Positions 52,200 to 61,296 of a stretch of 64,000 nt of DNA are shown here, one piece after another. Numbering within the stretch: position 1 is the first letter of the stretch; each line of letters begins with the position of its first letter. The position numbers and the translations under genes were made by a program. The DNA is from Cyclobacteriaceae bacterium (lineage in GTDB: Bacteria > Bacteroidota > Bacteroidia > Cytophagales > Cyclobacteriaceae). The stretch covers positions 5,641 to 69,640 of the forward strand of contig JAXHKU010000017.1 of NCBI GenBank assembly GCA_034523095.1. Reading direction: 5' to 3'. Below the pieces are notes generated by a model. It did no database searches and had not been told where the DNA came from. It worked only from the letters and a program-made list of their open reading frames with translations.

Positions 52200-54300
52200 C
52201 GTCCACAATACATATATTCAGAATAAGGCGGTAAGTCACCGATTACGCAGAACTAAAAATTTTATATGTGATCTCATAAATGCCCCAATACTGACTCGAA
52301 AAGGGATATATGACCTTAGTGACGCACCTGGTTCCTAAGCAAAAGAAGGGCAGTTTTTTGGTGAACTGTAAGATTGTGTATATAATAGTGACCTTATAAT
52401 ATGGCCCCCCCAAATCTTGTCACCATCACCATCAATATCTATAACCTCCATGGTATTCCACTGATTTTGGGCCGCTTCTGGAATGGAGTATGGGATAAAT
52501 CATATAGCCGCCATTTGAGGTATATAATGCCGTTCCGGATTTTTCTAAATTTGAACGAAATATCATCCCGATCCTGCGCTACCCTCGACCTAGATACTTG
52601 TAAAATTATTTGAATATAATGATGAAAATGGAAATTGTCACCGTAATAAATAATAAAAGCTAGTTGAAAAAATGAATATGGACCCTAAAGAAATGTATCC
52701 ATCCGATATAATACGTGTGCCGCCTCTTATACTGAGTCTGGCCGCGGCCCGATTCCTAGGGAATAATACCTGTCTGAAATTTATAATAAAAAAAAAAAAA
52801 ACCCAAACAATAACCATTTTATTTAAGCGTATAATGAAAAAAGACCGGGGGCGGACCGCAAAACAAGGAAATTCTCCATAATTATTTATTCAATATAAAT
52901 CTGTTAGACCTAGTTTTTTGAGGCCCTTGTACCTGAGTGTATTTCATTTTTCATATACACCCATTCCCATTATTTGGTGGATGATAAATATATATATAAA
53001 ACCTGATGGAAATTAAATAGCTACACTCGCAAGCCCTTAATTAACCCACCGCCTATACCGCTGAACCATATTCCATAAAACATCTAATTCAAACATCATT
53101 AATACCATCTTCCCCAAAAATATAAATTTTATTATATCAGCCCATTACATAAATAAAATGAGCGAAACAACAACCCGAAAACCCGCCACCGCCCCCTCAC
53201 CGGGGCCTAGAAACCAAAAAAAAAATTATAAATTACAAAATGTGTCTCCCTTTAATTTAATTGTCCTATGGGAAACGGTCTTTTTATTTACCATCGCGAT
53301 TACGAATCCTTTAAAAATAAAATGGATTGCCTAAGAGTCACCTTAATGGAATCTATTTTATCTCCAATGCCATCACAACAGGTAAAGATGATAATACCTC
53401 TCATTCCTAAATGTATTTGTCCTACTCAATATTATTACACCGTGCCATCGTATTTCCTTGCTTTCCAACAATTTACTATAAATTTCTGATTCTTTCTACT
53501 TCTTTTGAATATTTTAAAAAAGGCCTCAATTAATTGTTTACACATATAGGTCGCCATTAAAAATGCTAAAAGATAAAGACCTTATTGAATGTTAATTCTC
53601 GTATTAAATATATTTTGCCTTAGTCGCTTTAACAATTATATTTTTCCTTAACCGTCCTATACACTGATATGGGCATCCCTGCCCTCGATTATGTCAATTT
53701 AAATTAAATAAAAATACCCACATTATTATAAACATATTGCCCAGGGAGGGACAAATTTTAAATTAAAGTTCCATCTCCGATTAAAAATAATGTTGAAAAT
53801 AATCTTTAAATATATAGGTAGGATAGCCGTCTTTATTAACATCACCGGTGGCGATGCCTAACCAAACCCTTCATACACTATTCCTGCCTCTAGGGTTACG
53901 TTCGAAAAGGTGCCATCACCGTTGTTTAAATTATTACTCACCTGCATATTTTGCTATACGTAATTAATAATGCTTTATCTATCCGCCTATACAACCCCAA
54001 TGTCGTCTGCTTGCCATATTCCTCCTTTTCTAAGCGCCCCCTGTCCTTTCCAACTACCGAGGGCAAAAAAGTCTTCCCTCTTTATATCCAACGCCCTACC
54101 CATTGCCCTCGGTTAATCCCGGAGTTGGAATATTGTTCCTCTGATTAAACCCGCGCCCTCCCACACTTGAAATCCCCCGCTTGGTTACATTGATGTATCC
54201 GGCTCCCACGATACCTGTTCTCTTACCCCCCCACCCCAGACCACTATTACTCTCCGAGGGAGCTCATCCCGTATGGAGAATCGATAATTCGCATCTTCCG
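52200..54300 (-). pseudogene. Heavily decayed VCBS/FG-GAP plus UnbV/ASPIC-type gene relic
   Basis: Minus-strand fragments include NNGDGTFSNVTLEAGI and GIATGDVNKDGYP (about 53820-53960) and IHLGM..GDKIDSIKV (about 53300-53450). Stops occur in all frames. The boundaries are approximate, and I could not read anything below about 53250. Confidence 0.45.
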
Positions 54301-54344
54301 GACCGAGTCTGAAAGGGTATACATGTTGTGCCCACGTTTTTCAA

Positions 54345-55813
54345 TTACGCCCGTTGCAATTCAGTAGTCACGTTACCCCAACGCTGCAAGTCGAAATACC
54401 TGTGACCTTCCATGCCCAATTCAAGTTTTCTTTCCATTTGAACCGCTTTTATGGCTGTCGCTTGGTCAGCAAATGGGGTATACAAACTAATCGAATAATT
54501 GGCTGCATTAGATCCATCAGTTTCCTTCACAAACCCTGCAGGATTTGCTGCACGTGCACGTACAGTTAATTTCTCAAGACCCCAATCACCTTGGCCAAGA
54601 ATGGCTTTACATTCGCAATCAAAAGAATACGTCAGAATACGATCATTCTTAACCATTCGCTGTATAACCAACGTCCAGTTTCCAACTTCCGTATTTGACC
54701 TTCCTGAGACTTCTTATAACTTGCTTCTACCATTAATGGCCCTAATATCTGGTCACGTATCCAGTCTTTGCCGTATGTGGTCCCCAACCCCAATACGGGA
54801 TACCTCTTCTTCCTACTGCCCAGTAGGCGTATGCCTGCATCCTAATCCGCAACCCCTGGTCACTCTTCACATCTTATATAAAATTTCCCCAGTTTTTTAA
54901 AATTCCGAGTCGGATTCCGAACTCCGGTCTCCTCCCTTATATGGAAGTTTAGTACTTCGCCCCATCCGCCATTCCAAGGCCACCATCATTCACAAGTACT
55001 GAACCGTATAAATCGATTCGACACCATTTCGGTTTTCAATGTCAAATATCTCCGTATTTCGCCATCAATCCAGCTTTCTGACCTACAGTTTGTCCCTGTT
55101 GCTGCCACATCCTGCAAAACCGGTAAAGCAGCGGTGTACCACTGCTATCCGTTCATCTGCATTTTGCTTTAACCATAAACTTTTGCAACTGTGCCATTGA
55201 ATCGGCCAACCTGACCCATATTATTTGGAAATTCTTCCTGATCAATCAGCTGATATAATTGGCCGACATCCGTATCATTGGTTACATAGCCAAATCATAG
55301 TTTCATCCACATAAAAAATACCTTTTCCTGTAGCCATCGGCCCACATTTTATAGCTTAAATGATACCAGCCTCTCATTTTGCCTAGTAAAAAATAGCTTG
55401 TTTCGCTTGTCATATTTCCTGCGTCTGCTGCCAATTTAATTACTTAGCATTTACACCTTGAAATGGCATCATAAATACCCCTCCATCGCAAATTAAGGTA
55501 TGGGTTTGTAGGTGCCTCGAATATTTTAAGTGGGTTGATGTAGTTGGTCTCCTGAGTAGTTCCCTTATTCGCTTCCATCCCCCGAATACTTCCAAATACC
55601 CATGGAAGATGCTGCTTCCCCAACCACACTTATCGGTAATTCCATCGAGCATGGAGTAAGCTCCGAGAAGGAGACCATCAATGCCTTCCGCCGTCGCCAG
55701 AACTGATCCGTCCAAAGCACCATTTGGTGTGATTTCAAGAATTTTTCTTTACAGCGGTAATACTTCCAAATACTATGCAAATACTAAAGCCGGATATAAT
55801 AAATCCTTTTCAT
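54345..55813 (-). pseudogene. RagB/SusD-family lipoprotein gene, decayed
   Basis: The start MKRIYYI.. is at 55813, followed by LEITPNGALDGSVLATAEGIDGLLLGAYSMLDG (ORF 55440..55715), NPYLNLRWRGIYDAISRC (55444..55629) and the C-terminal block AIKAVQMERKLELGMEGHRYFDLQRWG (54345..54671). There are many frame shifts between them, and the last ~40 codons are unreadable. Confidence 0.7.
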
Positions 55814-55834
55814 AATTCTTATCAATTAAAATAA

Positions 55835-56700
55835 TTAAAATGACATGTTTATACCAACCAGATACTGTTACAGCCGGCACGTTACCCCTGTCGACCCAAG
55901 GTTGTTATCACCCCTGATTCACCAATTGTGCCTCCTCAGGATCCATTCCTGAATAGCCTGTAAAGTAAAGGTTAACTCCCTGAACATAAAGCGTAAATTG
56001 GTAAATACATTTCCTAAAGTATTTTAGGTAATGTGTACCCAAGTTGTAATTGCTTAAGTCTTAAAAACGAACCGTCTTCTACATAATAACTGTTGATTGT
56101 GTGTTCGTTGAGAAATTTGACTTGTTAGAAGCTTTTGGAACGTCGGTATCGGTTCTGTCTGGGCGCCATGCTGAATACAAGAGGTCCTTACTCTTTGTCC
56201 CTTCAACACCATTTAGTAAACTCCCCATCATATGCTAAAATTTTCCATCCAAATAAGATTAATCAAATGTAAAATGGTGCGCAAATGTCACTTTTGCCCC
56301 AGTTTGTTATTTTCATTTTCATACTGGAAAAAACCAGGCTCTGCGCCATCCTGTACTGGCAATTCAGCATCCAGTACATACTTGCCTTCACTGTCCACGG
56401 TAAAATCAGACTCCGGGAATAAACCAACAACATTATAACCGAAAAATTCACCTAAGGAGTTGCCTACCTGGCTTCGGCTGAAAGCACCGATTCTTGATCC
56501 ACCAGCATCAAAATAATTGTACCCCGGAGCGATTTTTACGATCTCATTTTTATAGGTTGTCAATGTAGCATTGGATAAATAATGTCACACCTTGCGATAA
56601 ATTAATTGATATATACCCATATTTTTCATCTCACCAATATTAAGGCGGGTGCGCTTTGACCCGAACTCGGGGATCGGCTTGTCCGGTGTAAATATTTTCT
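55835..56700 (-). pseudogene. SusC/TonB-dependent receptor gene, C-terminal relic only
   Basis: The minus strand reads ..YVEDGSFLRLKQLQLGYTLPKIL*.., with in-frame TAG at 56014-56016, then GYSGMDPE and a terminal GINMSF-stop at 55835. ORF 56288..56563 is the preceding barrel segment. There is no plug or N-terminal half before the divergent gene at 57733. Confidence 0.65.
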
Positions 56701-57100
56701 CACCCGTTCCCACACATCCCCTAGCATCCAATCACACCCTGACCAAACCCCGAACTGCATCTCGACTTCAATGTGCGAAACTCTAACTGCCCTGACCACC
56801 GGCCCGCCAAACTGCCCATCACCCCCAAGAAATTGCCTACCCTTACCAGACCTCCCACAAACCAGTCAAACGCTGACCCAACGCATCCCCACGCCTAGGG
56901 GACCATATCAAAATCCTACACATGTACCAAAAAACAACCTACGCGCCAAAAAGACCTCCACCTCCGCTAAACATCCAACAAGAACCCAGGGCACCAATTT
57001 CCACCCCACCCGTCCTCCCCATACACCCACACCTCCCTATAACTACACAAAACCAAAAGAGTAACACACGCCCAAAATATATTTCGAAAAAAAGCATAAT
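56700..57100. other. A+C-rich low-complexity tract
   Basis: My hand count over 56761-57060 gives about 42 T and 33 G in 300 nt, so A+C is about 75 percent on the plus strand. Confidence 0.8.
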
Positions 57101-57732
57101 TATTTAATTAAAAATAAAAAGATAACTCCCTATAGTTTGCTTAGTTTGTTTGTGTTAAGCATCCGCCTTATCTAGGATAAAAAAACACTCAAAATAAAAA
57201 TCATATTTCCCATAAATGATAATCAGGGAAAAGAACAACAACTAAAAACTTTTGTGATAACGACTTAGTGTGAGTGTAAAATTTCCATGCATAGGCACCT
57301 TGATTTCGGGTTAATTAGCTTTAACAATATAAAGTTAGAATTAAAATTTTATGATATACAAATGTTAAATGTAATATTTACACTTAGTCATTTTGACTAT
57401 ATCTATTAGATAACGACTGATACGGGATCTACATATATAGATTCACGTTAACATGAAAACTAAACGAGGTTAAGTCTCCAGTTTGTTAAATCAAAAAAAT
57501 ATTCATGTATTAGCGTTTTGACGAACAACCCCTTCACAATTCAGCGCGTCAGGTTTTCAGCAGTAAAAGTGCGGTGCGCTCCTGGCCTGATTCATTACTT
57601 ACTGTATTTCCATTCAAATAATCCAAGTCTAGATTAAGATAAAAATCCATTCAATTGACAACCACGGCCTCTATGATTAGATGAATAAATTGGCCATTTT
57701 TGAACCTGTTCACTTTTACTAACTTTCTTTGA

Positions 57733-60700
57733 ATGAGAGCTGTTTTACTACCATTTTTGCTGCTTATCGGGCTTTTTATCACCGGTTGCTATCAGGCGGG
57801 GAACAATAAGAAATTTTCTGTGATCTCGCCCGAGCGTTCGGGAGTTCATTTTTCAAACGATATCCAGGCCACCGACACGTTCAATGTTATTGATTTCTAT
57901 TATATCTACAATGGTGGCGGGGTTGGTATTGGGGATTTTAACAATGATGGACTTCAGGACATTTATTTTTCAGGCAACCAGGTTTCTAATAAAATGTACC
58001 TTAACCAGGGAGACTTCCAATTCAAAGATATTAGTAATGAAGCGGGTGTTGAAGCAGGCGACATCTGGTCGCAGGGTATAGCGGTGATTGATATCAATAA
58101 TGACGGCTGGACCGATCTGTATGTCTGTGCTTCCATATATCCCGATTCGGTAAGACGTCTCAACAAGCTATATATTAACCAAGGCCTGAATGCGGACGGT
58201 ATTCCTACGTTCAGCGAGGAAGCTGTCCAATGGGGCATTGCGGATCATGGCCACTCTGCCAATGCTGCCTTTTTCGACTTCGACAGAGACGGCGACCTGG
58301 ATCTGTTTATCATTAATAATTTCATGGATACCAAATTCCCCAGCGAGTTCAGACCAAAAGTGGTCGATGGAAGTTCAGTCAATTCTGATAAGTTATACCG
58401 GAACAACGGCAATGGCACATTCACGGATATCTCAGTCAGCGCCGGAATACTCGTGGAAGGCTACAGTCATGGCATTGCCATCCGTGATCTGAATATTGAT
58501 GGCTGGCCGGATGTGTATATCACTAATGATTTCCTGCCCAATGATATCCTGTATATCAACAACCAGGACGGCACATTTACCAACAAGGTGTCGGATTTTC
58601 TGAAGCATCAGTGTTTTTCGGCCATGGGCAACGATATAGCCGACATTAACAACGATGGATTACAGGACATTTTTGCCCTCGATATGCTGCCGGAGATGAA
58701 TTACCGTAAAAAAACCATGCTCCTGAAAAGCACGCCGATGAACCAGATCAATTACGACAAGTTCAATTACGACTATCAGTTTATCCGGAATATGCTTCAT
58801 CTGAATATGGGACCTGATGAAAAAGGAAATATCCACTACGCTGAAATCGGTCTTCAGGCCGGTGTTTTTGAAACGGACTGGAGCTGGTCGCCACTATTTG
58901 CCGATTTTGACAATGACGGAAACAAGGATTTGTTTATCGCCAACGGATTCCCCGGCGACGTCACCGATATGGATTTTGCGCACTATATGAACCGGTACAA
59001 AAGCCTGGTAAGTCGGCGGTCTGACCTGTTTGATACAATACCCGAAGTACTTATCGCCAATTACATATTCAAAAACAATGGCGACCTCACTTTTACCAAA
59101 ATGACTGACGAATGGGGCCTTGATGCAAAAACTTTTTCCAATGGCGCCGCCTATGCTGATTTCGACAATGATGGTGATCTGGACCTTGTGACCAACAATA
59201 TCAACCAGAAAGCGACACTCTTTAAAAACAACACGGTGGAGAGTCAGAAAAAAAAGGACGAAGTAAATTTCCTCAGGGTCCAACTGGAAGGCGGCGATAA
59301 TAACCGGAATGCCCTTGGCGCGAAGGTTCTCTTATATACCGGCGGTCAAATGCAATTTATCGAATACAGCCCTTCCCATGGTTTTATGTCGAACATGGAT
59401 GGTGTCATTCATTTTGGCATCGGGGCCAACAAGAATGTTGATTCACTGGTGGTATTATGGCCCGCCGGTGGAAAATCGGTAACGCGGGATATCCCATCCA
59501 ACCAACACATCACACTGAAATATGACAATGACACAACCGATAGTCCGTTAGCGCCTTATATTTTAAGACATCAGGATAAATGCATTTCAACGATTACCGG
59601 GTGATAAAAAAATCGGTTTTCTTCATCAGGAAAAAGAATTGTACGATTTCAACCTGCAATACACCATACCGCATAAACTCTCGCAATACACACCCGGAGT
59701 GGCCGTAAGCGATATCAATGGTGATGGGTTGGAGGAGATTTATATTGGTGGAAACAAACTGAGCCCTGGCGTTTTTATGATTCAAACCCCTGAAGGAAAT
59801 TTCCAGTCTGAAAATCGCATCATATCCAGGGACACCCTGGGCGCCACCGACATGGGCATTCTTTTTTTTGATGCTGATAACGACGGCGATGATGATTTAT
59901 ACCTGGTCAGTGGTGGTATAGAATGGGCAGCAGGTTCATCGTCTTACAGAGACAGGCTCTACATCAACGATGGCAAGGGGTACTTCAGTTATAAGGAGGA
60001 CGCTTTACCGGATCTGAGAAAATCAGGTTCATGCGTCAAGGCATGTGATTTTGATAAGGATGGTGATCTGGATCTTTTTGTTGGAACCCGGTCTAAACCC
60101 TGGGAGTATCCGATGAGTGAACCAAGCGCCATACTTATAAATGATGACGGAATATTTCGCGAAAACACCAGGGCGATTTGCCCCGGCCTTACCGACAATC
60201 TGATGGTCACCGATGCCATCTGGACTGACTTTGACAATGATTCCTGGACCGACCTGATCGTCGTGGGTGAATGGATGGGAATCAATTTTTTAAAAAACAA
60301 TCATGGGACTTTTACAGATGTTTCGGGCGAATTTTTGAAGGAGCCTTCTGCAGGCTGGTGGAATTGCATCACCGGCGCTGACACCGACAGTGATGGCGAT
60401 ATCGACTACATCTGTGGTAACCTTGGCCTGAACAGTATTTTTAAAGGTGACGCGCAATACCCGTTGTCCATTTATGCATCTGACTTCGACCGCAATGGTA
60501 TGGTTGACCCTATCGTTGTGCGGTATAATAGTGATGAGAATTTCAATAAAAAACCATTTCCTATCCATACCCGCGACGCTATGCTTCAGCAGGTAAATTT
60601 TCTTTTCCAGCGGGTAAAAACCTACAACGCATTCGGTAAATCAACGATTCATGACCTATTTACTCCGGAGGAACTGGAGAATGCATATCACCTGGAAGGG

Positions 60701-61276
60701 ACTTATTTCAAATCGGCCTGCCTGATAAATGATGGCGCGGGTGAATTTCACCTTAAACCTCTTCCGAATGAAGCGCAGATCGCACCCATATTTGGCATAC
60801 TTCCCCAGGATTTTAACGGTGATGGAAATACCGACCTGCTCCTGATTGGTAATGATTACTCCATTGAATTAATGACCGGCAGAATAGAGGCCTCACCGGG
60901 GTTGTACCTCAGCGGCAGAGGTGATGGCGAGTTTACATTCCATAAACCCTACCAATCGGGTTTCCGTGTTACCGGTGATGCAAAAGGCATTGCTGCTTTA
61001 ATCGATAAAGATGGACGGGAGATGATACTCACCACACAAAATAAGGATTCTCTCATCGTGCATGCATGGCCAACAGACGGTTCCATAAAGACCATAGATC
61101 CCGGAAATGCTGCGTGGGCCGAACTGGTGATGAATGATGGCAGCAGAAAGAAAGAGGAATTTTACCATGGCGGCACTTATTTATCGCAATCCACAAGACG
61201 AATGATCCTGCCGAATAACTGCAAAAAGATCATTCTCCACTATGCCAATGGTGATTTTAAAGAAATCGGCCTCTGA
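57733..61276 (+). pseudogene. CRTAC1-like VCBS/FG-GAP repeat protein with an UnbV/ASPIC domain, lipoprotein; one frame break near 59560-59580
   Basis: ORF 57733..59604 (lipobox LFITGCYQ; FNNDGLQDIYF, DFDRDGDLDLFI; ASPIC block ALGAKVLLYTGGQMQFIEYSPSHGF..HFGIG..VDSLVVLWPAGG) and ORF 59639..61276 (second FG-GAP set) are joined by an open frame reading INAFQRLPGDKKIGFLHQEKELYDFNLQ. Together they give the usual ~1180 aa architecture. Confidence 0.75.
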
Positions 61277-61296
61277 GTTTTCGGTGCTTTTATAAA

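Noticed and set aside
52150-53250. AT-rich stretch scanned for CRISPR-like spaced repeats, IS inverted repeats or a prophage end.
   Set aside because: By eye I see only short AT-rich words recurring (for example ttaaattaaa). There are no regularly spaced direct repeats of 25 nt or more and no transposase or integrase ORF. A computational repeat search would be needed for certainty.
56771-57064. 97-codon proline/threonine-rich ORF on the plus strand.
   Set aside because: It lies in a tract with only about 25 percent G+T, where stop codons are rare by chance. It has no start context, no homology I recognise, and low-complexity content.
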